Assembly (NCBI RefSeq): GCF_004010195.1
Contig: NC_057719.1
Coordinates: forward strand, 93,015,946-93,079,945
Direction of reading: 5' to 3'
Length of the DNA: 64,000 nucleotides
From: Chiloscyllium plagiosum
Lineage: Eukaryota
The position numbers and the translations under genes were made by a program. This document shows positions 12,433-24,510 of this stretch, one piece after another. The stretch's first letter is position 1; each line of letters opens with the position of its first letter. Under the pieces are notes generated by a model. That model saw only the letters and a program-made list of their open reading frames with translations, did no database searches and was not told where the DNA came from.

Positions 12433-14129
12433 TCCCCATAATGCTGTACGTTCTTCCCATAACTGAGACTGCTCCAACCTGGGCGGTATCTTCAGAGCTG
12501 GCTGGCATGGTTTGGTGTCATGGCCTCCGCTTCTGCTCCTGGGGAGAGAGATAGTTCTGCTTATGAAACTCCCAACTAACGATGAGTTCCATGCTCATGT
12601 CTGCAATGTAGGTTTGGGGAAGGCAACAATTTCCTGCTGCCTAACCACGTTCAGGCCCGGTATCAACTCCCGTGCAGGGTCACTGTGGCACAGTCTGTGC
12701 TTGTCCCGGTGCACTTTGGGTTTTCAGATTTGGCACGAGTGCCTGAGCTGCTAGTTAATTCCAGGAGCTCCATTGCTAGCCAGTTGCTCAGGGAATGGCC
12801 TCTAGTAAGAAATGGGGGTAGCACAATGCAATTCTTGTTGAGAGTGTGAAAACACCAATTCATGCGGCAATATTGGTGAAATGCATTGAGCCTCAAAATG
12901 GATATCACTTCCCAAAACTAACTTACACTGTCACTTTGCATACAAAAGCAGTTGAATTAAGCCAATGCCTCCATTACCTGATGTGAGATCCTCTGTTTAC
13001 AATCATACAGATATCCTCCTCATTAGAAAATCTTACCCATTTGTTGTTTATTTATGACCAGCTGCCCCAAATGTAAAGGCTCGGGATATTAATTTCCTAA
13101 TGTCACTCACACTGTAGTATATTTAATTATTTTACATACATTTATCATTATTTAGTATAATGCCAGTAAATCATATCCATGTACCCCAATGTATGCATTG
13201 AATTCCTCGATTGTTTTTGAGATTACAGCACACATTTAGATGGAACGCATTTCATTCAGCTTTTTAAGCCATTCTTCTCTGATTCATTCTCGCCTTTATT
13301 CCACCTTTTGCCTTTCAAGAAACACTTTCACATAATCATGCACATAGAATCAGACTTGACTGCTAATGTTTCATGGAGCAAGATCACCAAATCTGGGTAT
13401 AGCCTGTCCCCCTGGCAAGACAGATAATGGGAGCACCATGATTTACAGTCAGTAAAGGAGTTACTCTGGAATTCAGCAACATTGATTCCAGAACTCGGGA
13501 AACAACATGGTTATAGGTAAAAGATGGTGAAATAAATGGCCTGATGATGGACATTACGTCCCTCCACATCACCCCCCCATGGAAAAATTACTTCCCTTCG
13601 ATGTTGAAAACAAATCGAAGGAAACACTGAAAGTGAGAAAGATGCAAAAAGTACTTTGTGTAAAGTAGCTCAATGTCCACCATAAAGCGTTTCTCCACAG
13701 GCCCATCACTGACTGAGCAGGTGAGGCCTCAAATACACAGCGGCCAGACTGTGGGAAGTAATGGGGCAACCAAAAAGAGGAAATCCTTCACACCAAACAA
13801 CTTGTCATGGATGTACCGCTTTTTGAAAATACGACCCATTGTCTTATGTGGTGCTACCTCCTGCGAAGTAGTGAATATTTTATAAGGACCAAACAAATTG
13901 AAAGTTGGCATCTATGAGGCACTGTGAGCCATCAGCAGCAACAGCATCAATGGCCTTCCGCCTATCACAGATTCAGAAGCATGGTTTTAACAGATGATTC
14001 AAAAATGCTCTGCTCCATTCAAAAATTACACCCGTATACAGCAGGTTATTCAGCTGATTGAGAGTTTCAAAAAGGAATACAATGTGGCCATTCAGCTATT
14101 CCCCTGTGAGGTGCTGCTCTGTGCCATAA

Positions 14130-15085
14130 TGTTTAGACTTATTCTAATATTAAAAAATGAGTTAACAGATTCTTATATGGTTTCATGCAATGTTCGAGCA
14201 AAGTAATTCTGCAAGTACAAATTCACCCCACAAACGTATGTGTGTATGTGTGCATGTGGTGTGTGTGTGTTGGTGGTGGGGAGATTGTGAGTGTCTGTGA
14301 GAGAGAGTGTATGTGACTGTAAAGCATCTAAGTCTGTGAGAGGGTGCATGTGTGAGTGTGGGAGTGTGCGTCTCTGTATGACTGTTAGAGTATCTGTGTG
14401 TGTGTCGGTGTATAGGAGTGCCTTTGTGTGTCTCACGCACACACACTCTCCCACCCTCACACATACACCCTCTCACAGAATTAGACCTCTTTACAATCAA
14501 TCACTCACAAACATATACACATTCTAACACAGACACTTAGAACACTCTCTCATACACACATATCACATTCACAGATACACATATACGTTTGTGGGGTGAA
14601 TTTGTACTTGCAGAGTTACACGGTACTTTGCTCAAAAATTGCATGAATCCATAGAAGACTCTGTTAACTCATTTTTTTTTAGATTACAATCAGTCTAAAC
14701 CTTATGGCACAGACAGCGCCACACAGGGGGCCAACACATTCAACGCATTATCTGTGCTGACACTAATTGTTAAAGTTAATGTGAGAATTTAACATTTTTT
14801 TTTCCATTTACATATGAATGAAGTGAAACTAACATGGTAATCGTAACAGATGAGAGACTTAACAAACTATCAAGGCATTTTTCAATGTATAGTTTCGGTT
14901 ACATCACACTTTAAATTTTAGCTATAAATTTGGTGTTGTACAATTGTGTACTCCACAACCACCTGATGAAGGAGCAACGCTCCGAAAATTAATGCTTCTA
15001 ATTAAACCTTTTGGACTATAACCTGGTATTGTGTGAGTTTTGACTTTGTACATCCCAGTCCAACACCGGCATCTCCAAATCATGC
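14130..15085. mobile_element. PLE-type 3' terminal repeat in inverted configuration, with CA/GT microsatellite
   Basis: ~14132-14250 is the reverse complement of ~14575-14700 (gcaagtacaaattcaccccacaaacgtat / atacgtttgtggggtgaatttgtacttgc). Ends in a hammerhead core and ttggactataacctgg. Same family as 29088-29625 and 62027-62160. Confidence 0.7.
14960..14994 (+). ncRNA. Minimal type I hammerhead ribozyme motif (best preserved copy)
   Basis: CTGATGA (14963-14969), A, stem II GGAGC-AAC-GCTCC, GAAA (14984-14987), AT, TA. Predicted NUH site after 14991. Helix I has an A-C mismatch at its first pair, so activity is uncertain. Confidence 0.7.
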
Positions 15086-16799
15086 CAGCATTTAGAGCTG
15101 TGTACACAACCACAGTGCATTGGTCAGTAATACCTGTATTAGATCGGTGCCCAGCTTGGGAAATTTGCAGTCGATGCTGGAAGTGACAGAACGTGCATTT
15201 CCCATCCATTCACATCTCTATACTCCATTGTGCCATGAAAAGGGGTGACTGTGGGTGTGAAAATCACTGCCAGAGAGAGATGTTGGCGGTATCAATTTAA
15301 AAGCCAACAGACAGGAGGGGTATGAGAAATTGGCAAAAAGGGGAAGATTGCGAAACTATGGCATAGAAGATGTGTTCACCGTTTTATGGATAGTGAAATG
15401 GAGGCATTTCGATAGCAGCTTGGAACAAATGCCCATGTTTCCAGGAATGACAGTGAAATAAAATATTGGTGTGAGTTCAGATAATGGAGTGTTTTGCACA
15501 AGCATCTGTTCTGCAGCTTTGCAACTAGGAGTGAAGTCAGCAGAGTTTTAGACTCATTGTGTTGAATACAACAATAATTCATCTCAGTGTCATTTTCGTT
15601 GATTGCAATAGAGTTTTGCACGAGGCCGAGCTAGTTTGCTGATCCTATCTTGTCAAATGCACCTCATCAAATGTCTACCACACCCACGGTGTCCCTCTCA
15701 TTCAGCGCCAGTCCAGTTCTCTCACCCATCACGCCTGGAGGTACTCGCTATCGCCCGGAAGCACTTGGATATTCTGTGATCTCTGGCACTCGACCCATTT
15801 ATAAGGTTAAAAGGCAGACATTTGGCTTTGCAATTTCGAGCTGCACTACACAATTTACTCCAAGCGCCTCTGAAAAGAGGCATTTGCGCTATGATTTGTC
15901 GACAGGGGAATGGGGTCCCGGTGGATGTGTTAGTGCAGAGGGGGAAAATTCTCCTCACAGAGAAGGATACACCATTCGAGCCACCAAGCATGGTGCACGC
16001 TCACGACCCAGCTCAGTGGAATATCTGTGTTCGGAAGAAACGTCTAGCAATACAGGACAAACTGCAATACCCTCACTGCTCTGCCAGGATAAGTGACAAT
16101 GTATGCTCTCTGCTCCCTCAAACTCTGTTATAGCATCTAACCCCGAACAAGGCTCATGTTCCACTGGTCTCACTAATACATGCTGCACCTTCCACCTCCG
16201 CCCCTCCCCCACTCTCTATCGTCTCAATTATACTATCCCACTAATTACATTTCTTGGATTCTGCACTATCGATCAACACACTCTGTGCATCTCACCACAT
16301 TCTCCCATCAACACCAGCACAAACAGCAGTGACACCCAATTACAGCGTCACTCACTGTCTCCTTTTATTTCATTCAAGGAGATGTAGCCTTTAATAGTTC
16401 AAGCTGGATGGCGAAGTGTCCAACGTCCATTCCATCACCTTTGCCCATGTGGGAAGGACTCGAACCAGAGAGGACCGGGAAGACTGGTGTGGAGTTTACA
16501 AAACATCCACGTCCCAGCTACTGAGTCAGGACCAAAGTTCAGTGAAGGGTATTTCTGACTTTAAACCCACCTGGTCTAGCTTGGAATCAATTGCTCTGAT
16601 GCCAACGCCCTTTTGTCCTGAGCCATGGTCTAGGTAGGCCAGTCGTTGGGCTCACAATACTTCGTCTCAACCTCCTCCCAGGAAGGGATTATAGAGGCTC
16701 CCTCCTATACCGCGTCCTGTTAAGCACTCAGATACTGAAACTGATCTTTTTTTTCACTGCTGTCCCCATTCGTACTGACCTCATCAATCTGTGCTCATA

Positions 16800-17030
16800 T
16801 ACACCCAGTACCCGCTGCTCCTGAATTTCCAAGATTCTGGGAAGTCTATTTTATATTTCCTTTCAATGTTCTTCTGACCAAAATGCTTCATCTCACACTG
16901 CTCTGCATTGATCCTCATTTGCCATATTTCTGAACATTACAACAACTTGATGAAGTCCTGTTGGAGTTCCACACAGTCCTCCACACACTTTGCAATTCTT
17001 CCAATTAGGTGTGATCGTCAACCATTGAAA
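16800..17030 (-). mobile_element. Small CR1-like LINE fragment
   Basis: ccaaaatgcttcatctcacactgctctgcattgatcctcatttgcc is the reverse of the WQMxFNxxKCEVxHFG-type block seen in the other CR1 copies. Confidence 0.6.
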
Positions 17031-18229
17031 TTGTAACGGAGTCAAAATCCACACAGCACAACTGAAATACTGTCATATTCACTCTTTTGAACAAATGAGA
17101 TATTGGCACACTCTCCATCGATCGACTGAGATGTTCACATGCTGTCAACAGAGCAACAGAAATACAGAGATATGTCAGAAGAAGTTTTATGAAGGTGTAG
17201 ATGTGTACTGCAGCTTAAGAGAGAGAGGAAGATGACAAGTACTGACAGAAAACACAGAGTGTGCTGAAGGACTTAAAATGTAACTTTTGGTTGAAACAAA
17301 TAGCTGGAATTGCATTGTCATGGTACATAAACAAATTCAAGTTTGATGAACAGTTTAACTTATGCCCTAGATACCAAAATCCACTCAAATCTGAGTTAAT
17401 TTTTGATTACATCAAACCAATGAAACGATCCGAAGTTTTGTAGTGGAAAACCCAGCCTTTTTGAACAGTTAGGGGAAGAACACCAAAGAGCACCAACCAG
17501 TACAGACTGCACGCCAAATCGCTCTCTGAATTGTAACTATCCACAAGAAAATTGTTCAGCAGAAGACCGAAGAAAGGACGTCTCAGGAAAATACAGAGGA
17601 ATATCTACAAAGTAGAATCGACAAAGCTGGTTGGTTTTTGAAACGTTGCTTTTCTTTGTAAATCTTAATCTTTTTTTATCAGACCCGCATTGTCGAGTGG
17701 GAGGTAAAAAATAGGTTTAAGGGAAAGGAGTTGTCGAAAATGGTTGTTTTAATGTTCTCTTTTGGACTGAAAGAATAAAATTGTTACTTTAAATGGTGAG
17801 ATCAGGAATAATTCTTTGACTTTCGAAATTTAATAGATGACAGCACGAGGTAGAGTTCTCTGTGAGACTGGTTGAAAATAGCAAAGTGTTTACCCTGTAT
17901 ATTAATAAAAATGAGTAAAGTAATGACAAACGCACCACGGAACAGCACCATACTGACTGATTTTCGATGTGAATATCAGTACAGTGAATGACTGAATACC
18001 TCAATGTGCCTGTCTATGTGTGTGTGCACCTGTGTGTGCTAGTGAGCGGTAAGTCAGGCAGTCTTTGTGGTGTTTAACTTGATGCAACGCCACCCTCTGA
18101 TGGCCTCTCCACACCACCACACAGGGGACCGAGGATGTTAGAAACCATCAGTGATGCAGTCAGAGAAGGAGACAGGGAGGGAAGCAGCTCGTAGTGTCAT
18201 CCACACTTACCACACCATCAGCAAAGACA

Positions 18230-18376
18230 GACTCGCACACAGACACACACACACACACCATCAATCACAGGCACACACGGACAACCATGCAGACACTCAC
18301 ACAGACCTGAACGCGCGCGCGCACACACACACACACATTTGCACAGACAGAGTCACACACAGATACACAAACACAC
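18230..18376. repeat. Imperfect (CA)n microsatellite
   Basis: Visible CA runs. Further (GA)n-rich sequence at ~18925-19005. Confidence 0.8.
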
Positions 18377-19803
18377 AGAGTAGAGTGTGGAAGATTGCAA
18401 TTGTACTGAGGCCGATCAGGGTGGAAAGTGTTAATGTTGAGAAATGTCTGTGCTCCTTCTGAAATGTGGAAATGATTTGTCTTCAGACAGATTCCTTATA
18501 TAGAATATACACAAAATAATAATTCCTGTTCAATTGTATCCATAATGAGGAAAGCATTTTGGAAGACGTTAAGATTAATTTTATTGCACTTTTATGAACT
18601 TTCAATGTTTTGATGTATTGCTCCAAATTGTAAGTGACAATAGATTCAAAAGTCCTGAAGCAAACCCAATGACGTCATATGGGTCAGCCATGGCCATACT
18701 CATCTTCTTGTGCTAGTATCTCAGGATAACATTACAAGGAATAGGACAAAACTTCTCTGAGTCTCCAAAGACATTATTCGAAGAAGAAAATGACCGTGAA
18801 ATGCGAGAGAAACACGCGCTTTGCTCCCTTCTGAGAAATAAAGAGCTACTATTGGGCAGTGGACCTAGGTGGTCAGCAGTGGGTGACATTGCATCATTTT
18901 AAAAGCGAGAGGGACACATAGACCGAGAGAGAGAGTGCGAGATAGGGAGAGGGATAGAGACAAACAGATGGAGAGAGAGAGAAAGAGAGCGACAGAGAGA
19001 GGAGAATTATTTCGATCCCCATTTCAATACGATTCACTTCCAAAACAACAATAGTACAGGCTTGGAGACAAAGAGATACTTACATTAGGACACTGAAAAA
19101 AACAAAACAGAGAGACAACAGGACACACGTGTACATGAAATCACGCAGAGGCATATAGAGTCACACACGCAGACGCAGAAAAACACAGATAAAGGCACAC
19201 ATACATGCAACCACAAACAAATCATCGTATGTTCACACAGACCTACAGTCTGACTCAGCAGTGGCTTTCAGACGGACATAGACAAACTGTTGTTGATATG
19301 AAGATCAAGGTTAATGCAGAGAAAACAGAAGATCAGTCTTGAGAAACACATCAGTAATGATTGGCCAGCAAGCCAGTCGTGATGGGCTAAATGGCCGAAT
19401 CATTCTCTATTTTTAATGGTTCAATGGGATCTTGAAATATGCCCCAAGATTCCAGTGGCGGCGAAGTTTGATGAATATTTGATTGGACAGTCACTGGTAC
19501 TGTAGGGCAAGTTTGATTTCCTGGATGGTTTATGTATGTTCCTATTTGTGTCCTTGTGTCTTAAAAGACTGAAGTTTTAGTGAGAGGATGCATACTTTCA
19601 AAATACGGGATCTTGCATTCTGATAAGTATGTTCATTTTTTCCACGCATGTGATTTCTGTGATCTTCTCATCCCCAGAGAAGAAGTGAAGATTCCGTTAT
19701 GGAAGATATTCTCGGCTGAGTTTGACTGAACCTTGATGGATTCCGAAACCTATGATTATTTGGAATACATGGGAAAGTGGTTTTCTTCAAAAATCGGATC
19801 AGA

Positions 19804-19970
19804 CATGAGCATTCTGATTCTGGATCAGTGGTGCTGGAAGAGCACAGCAATTCAGGCAGCATGCCTGTCCTCGGATGCTGCCTGAATTGCTGTGCTCTTC
19901 CAGCACCACTGATCCAGAATCTGGTTTCCAGCATCTGCAGTCATTGTTTTTACCTCATGAGCATTCTGAT
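19804..19970. mobile_element. Young fold-back element with perfect 47-bp arms and a 15-bp TSD, inserted in a CR1 3' remnant
   Basis: 19816-19862 is the exact reverse complement of 19875-19921 (12-nt loop). catgagcattctgat occurs at 19804-19818 and 19956-19970. Confidence 0.88.
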
Positions 19971-20159
19971 GGCTGGCTTGGGGTACCGAATGGCCAACTG
20001 CTGCTCCTAAACCATGTGTGGGTATCTCAATGAAAAGTTTGAGACTACTACAGAGGTAGAAAACGTCCCAATTCAGCCATTCAGGATCATTATATTGAAA
20101 CAGGAGATCATTCTGACTGTCTGAGGAGTTACACGGGAATAGAATGAAGTTATTCAGTA

Positions 20160-21040
20160 CATTGAGTATTTTATACAGCACAGAATGAGAGTGTTCAAAC
20201 GTTCTCTATAACTTCACAGGAACGAAGAAACCGAGTTAATCAAGAGGAAACAGGGGTTAAGGACTAATGTTTATTTTCGGAAAATAAATAAACATTGGAA
20301 GTCTGTAATCAGTGGTGTGCCATTGAGATCACTGTGAGATTATCAATGATTTACAATCTATGTTAATGTTTTGGAAGGGGGGACTTAATTGTTTGGAACG
20401 TAATTAGCTTAAACACAAATATACCCGTCCAATAAATTGGAGGTGGAGGATCTGCAATGGGATCTCGCCAGGGGAGATTAGTAAACAAGCCATTGGCAGA
20501 AACAGCATAATGTGGTTATGGGAAATTTGTACTTTGACGATTGAAAAAAGAACACTAAACATGCAGAGAGATTGCAGAGATCTGGCAACGAAAGGTTTTG
20601 CGTGTCCTGACACTTGATTCAGTAAATGTTTGCCTGCAGTTGCTGCAAGGAATAAAGAAGACAGATGGAAATATTTATTTTTGTTCGTGCATCTGGAATA
20701 ATGGTAGGAACATTTTACAGTATCTGGACAGGGCATTGCTGAGATCACACCTGATGTACTGTTTGCAATTTTGATCCATTAAATTTACAAAACAAGCATA
20801 ATTATTTTCGAAGATTTTTGACGCTGTTTCACTTCTTACTAACTTGAAGGCTATATATTATAGAGAATTAATAACTTTGGCCCGACAATGACGGATGTTC
20901 TTATTGATCCAGAAATGATATTGCGAAAAGTACAGCGTGAATTTGCCTGATAGATGTTTCCTCATGGACAGAATGTTAAAACTCGTGCACTTGTTTTAAT
21001 AATATGATGTGTTCATTTTAATACAAGTATTGTGAATGTA
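20160..21040 (+). mobile_element. Heavily decayed CR1-like LINE fragment
   Basis: Remnant RT-region blocks such as gtaatcagtggtgtgccattgagatcac and gagatcacacctgatgtactgtttgcaattttg, in the same order as in 9300-12432. Confidence 0.55.
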
Positions 21041-21077
21041 TGAGTAATACACTGCAAAACGTACGCAGACACATATA

Positions 21078-21342
21078 AGATTAGATTACATTACAGTGTG
21101 GAAACAGGCCCTTCGGCCCAACAAGTCCACACCAACCCGCCGAAGCGCAGCCCACCAATACCCCTACATTTGCCCCTTACATAACACTATGGGCAATTTA
21201 GCAAGGCCAATTCACCTGACCTGCACATCTTTGGATTGAAGGAGGAAACCGGAGCACCCGGAGGAAACCCACGCAGACACGGGGAGAACGTGCAAACTCC
21301 ACACAGTAATTCGCCTGAGGCGGGAATTGAACCCGGGTCTCT
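21078..21342 (-). mobile_element. HE1-type SINE, 5'-truncated (B box present, A box missing)
   Basis: Close reverse-complement match to 57188-57460. Confidence 0.88.
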
Positions 21343-24335
21343 ATACTTATACCTGGGATATAAGTATATCATTAAATTGTAGCATGAGGATCTTTGTTAC
21401 GTTAAGGAAAAGGCACTGTCTGAGAACAGCCGTAATGATGCACTTGCACTGGGATGGGATGGAGTCACACTGTCTGTTGAATGTTTAAGGAGACTTCACA
21501 TGATCGAATCTGGGAGCTCAGATAATATTATTGTAATTTCCAACTCAGGGTGGGTGTAAACTTCCTGAAAGCCAGAACATATTGTTCCCTCAATTGCAGG
21601 CAAATGGGACTCATCCCGTCTACGGCACCTGGTCAACAAAAAGGGCTGTATCCACATTGTTTGACTCTGTGGATCTATGACTATATCGCTCCTCTTTCAT
21701 GTTCACACCTTCAAAGCTGTCAAGTCATTTACAGGTCACAAATCCTGTGTTAATACTTTCAATGACCTAGATCCCCTACATTTCTTAATAGTGAATTACT
21801 AACATTCATTACCCTCTGTGAGAAGAAAAGACACTCCGCACCTGCACACCATGACTTATTGATATAAACGAAAATGATGAACACAAGGGGAAAACTGATG
21901 ATACTATACTGAGGATGACATGAATGAGCACGACCAAAATTGAACCTGATGCGAATGTGGTGTAAGCGTTTCACTGGTTGGAGTCATTCATAGCACAATT
22001 GAAGATGTTAGTGCTCATTGCACATCAATCCTCTCAGACCTGGACATCTTGGTAGGAGCAATTCAGCGTAGCTTCCTCGGCATAAACATCGTCAGCTACC
22101 TCTTCAATGACATACGATCAAAGTTTGAGATTTTTGCTGAAGATTACACAGTTTCAGAACAATTTTCACCCCCTCAGGTGCAGCCAGACCTGGGCAACAT
22201 TCAAGCTTGCACTGTACAAATGTATGTTCACATTCATGGAGCAGTACCGTTCGACACTGCACATGTCCACTGTAAGTAAAGAAGACCTCATTCACTACCT
22301 TAAGCTGGTCTCAGAGGAATATAAGGGAGCCATTTAGTCCATCGAAACTATTGCAGAAGAAAAGGGAAAGCCCATTTAAGTCTTCCTGCCTATCAATCGG
22401 AAAGACAAAGACGTCTGCTCAGCACATTAACCTATTTTATAGGAATGAGGGAGCCCAATCAGGCCCTTGAGCCTGGAAGATTCCATTCAACCCCTCGAGG
22501 CACTGAAACGGGATCAGATGGTAGTCATTTCATAAGTCGACTCACTTACAAAGTAACAAGAAGACGCCATTCAGCTCCTACTGACATTTACAAGAAATAG
22601 AAAATGTTACTGACGCATCAACATGACAGACAAATTGCGCTGAGAGTGCACAGATAGACTGTTCCACGTTGTTCTTCATGCATCCCTTTCCTGTTGTACA
22701 CAAGTGTTACTTTATATATAATGTCTACTAGTGAGAAGAGAAGTCCAATGTTTGGTGCCAGATCTCAAGGAGGACATCTTCTATCTCTGAGAAGACAGAC
22801 CGCCGTACTCTGTGGAGGTTAAAAGCTGATGAGAATGGCTAACTGTTTCAGAATGAAGGCTTCACGGCTCTTGTCAGTATTGTGAAAAACAAGATGTTCA
22901 GTGCAGGGTCAGACAGCGACTACAGAATGTTTATGCAGAGCATGGACCTCTCTCAATCTACAAGTTGGCTCCGTGGAGGCACCTCCAATATTGGAAATCA
23001 GATGTCCTGGAGAAGTTATGGAATTTATGACACGGCCACTACCTATTTACGACAGAACGAGTGACGATTTGGAGCCCTCAAGTTGAAATGCAGTCCCGTC
23101 TTATTTCCTCACAGAGCTGCAGATTAAACGAGGAGTTTATTCACTCTATCCGTGCAATGTGATTATTCCATACATTGTTCTGTTGAAAGTCCTTTGTGTT
23201 CCCTCGGCGATAACAACGTATTTTTTCTTGGAAAAAAACAAAATCTGTTCATGAAACCCCATATACTCTCTCAATGAACTGTCAATTTTTGATCAGTGAA
23301 CTCCTTTTTCCGTCACTTTCACTGTCTCCAGTTATTTCCTTTGGGTTAATATATCTTTACTTCTCGAAACACTATGTCTGACTTGAAACTTAAAAGCTAC
23401 TTGTACATCTTTTTGTGTCTCAGCATCAAAAATGTCAGTACTGAGTTGACATCTGGATATGCCCGCGCTCAGGGCAAAGATATAAAAAAGGAAAAATCCA
23501 CCTGCAATAAGGAATTGCCACATCCCTGAATAGTAATGATTTGTAAGAACATGTAAAACACCGAAAGGAAGGGACTAACTTTACTTTCATGGGTTGTGTG
23601 CATCCTTGTAAGGGCAGCATTTTATGCACATCATCACTTTCCCTTCAACTGAGTGCCTTTTTTAACTGATCCACAGGACAGTTAAAACCCATTGTAGTCA
23701 CACAGCGAACTGACCAGGGAAACATGACACATTGCCTTCATTAACTAGCAGTATAGCTTTCTTTTCATAACAGATGATGATGGTTTAATTTTCCCTCCTC
23801 AATATCTGCCAATTTCCTTCATAAAATATATCTGATGATCTCATATTATTATCTGGGCTGAGATTTACTCGTCAATGATCTGACGACCATGTAATTGTAT
23901 GCACTTCTGACATATTCTATGTAAAGAAGAACAAGTTACCATTTCAGGTGCAATGGGTTTGTAAGTGTATGTTTGTGCAGAAGAAACTTGAAATATTTGA
24001 GTCTGGCTTGATCAAAGTTTTTGGACGATGGTTGATTTAGAGGCTGAGGTGGAGCCAAATATTATGACAGTGTATTGCAGAGTATCTGGAAACATAAAGC
24101 ATTGCAGGGCAAAAGGGATGATGGAGGTTGAGAACAGTCTGATTCCTCATAATGTGGTGCTGAGGGATGGGTTTGTAATTAGCCATTTGTAATTTGTATT
24201 TTTGTCTTTTCTAATTTGCAATGAAGGAAATTCTTGACTGCCACTGAAGATAGTGACTGCCATCTTAATAAATTTTAAATATTATTAGCAGCAATTCACC
24301 TCTACCCAGTTTAATAGACAGATGGAGATGCTTAC

Positions 24336-24510
24336 CAGGAACACCAACTGTAGCGAGGATGGGATAGTAACCACCTTGAATAACTATGAGTACATTCTGG
24401 ATCCACGATGATAATGATATCCCATCCTGAGAAAGCCAATGCAGACCATTGAAAAAACTCCTGTCGATTGTTGGAACATTCCAGTCTTTTCTTTTCAGGT
24501 GTGGATTCAT
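24336..24510 (-). CDS. GPCR coding exon 1 (N-terminus and first part of TM1)
   Basis: ORF 24265..24510 begins MNPHLKRKDWNVPT...YYPILATVGVP. A canonical GT donor at 24335 is phase-compatible with the acceptor at 8126. Confidence 0.8.

Larger units (their letters stand above)
7188..24510 (-). pseudogene. Two-exon class A GPCR, GPR139/GPR142-like, with a premature stop in TM6 (probable pseudogene or null allele)
   Basis: Exon 1 (24510-24336, 175 nt) ends YYPILATVGVP+G at donor CCTG|gtaag. Exon 2 starts at 8125 after acceptor tttctcacag|TT, giving GVPVNVLTIFVL in phase 1. 7TM motifs include LGAMAAADLLVII, TVDRFVVICC, PWFC and LLSCCTNTAIY. TAA at 7469-7467 interrupts LLFVI*ANFILLW, and the same frame continues to TGA at 7188. 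The spliced frame is 370 codons, truncated at 277 aa. Confidence 0.85.

Noticed and set aside
17030..17900. Solo LTR (also considered for 150-520)
   Set aside because: Composition is suggestive, but no paired TG...CA ends, TSD, PBS or PPT could be shown from this window.
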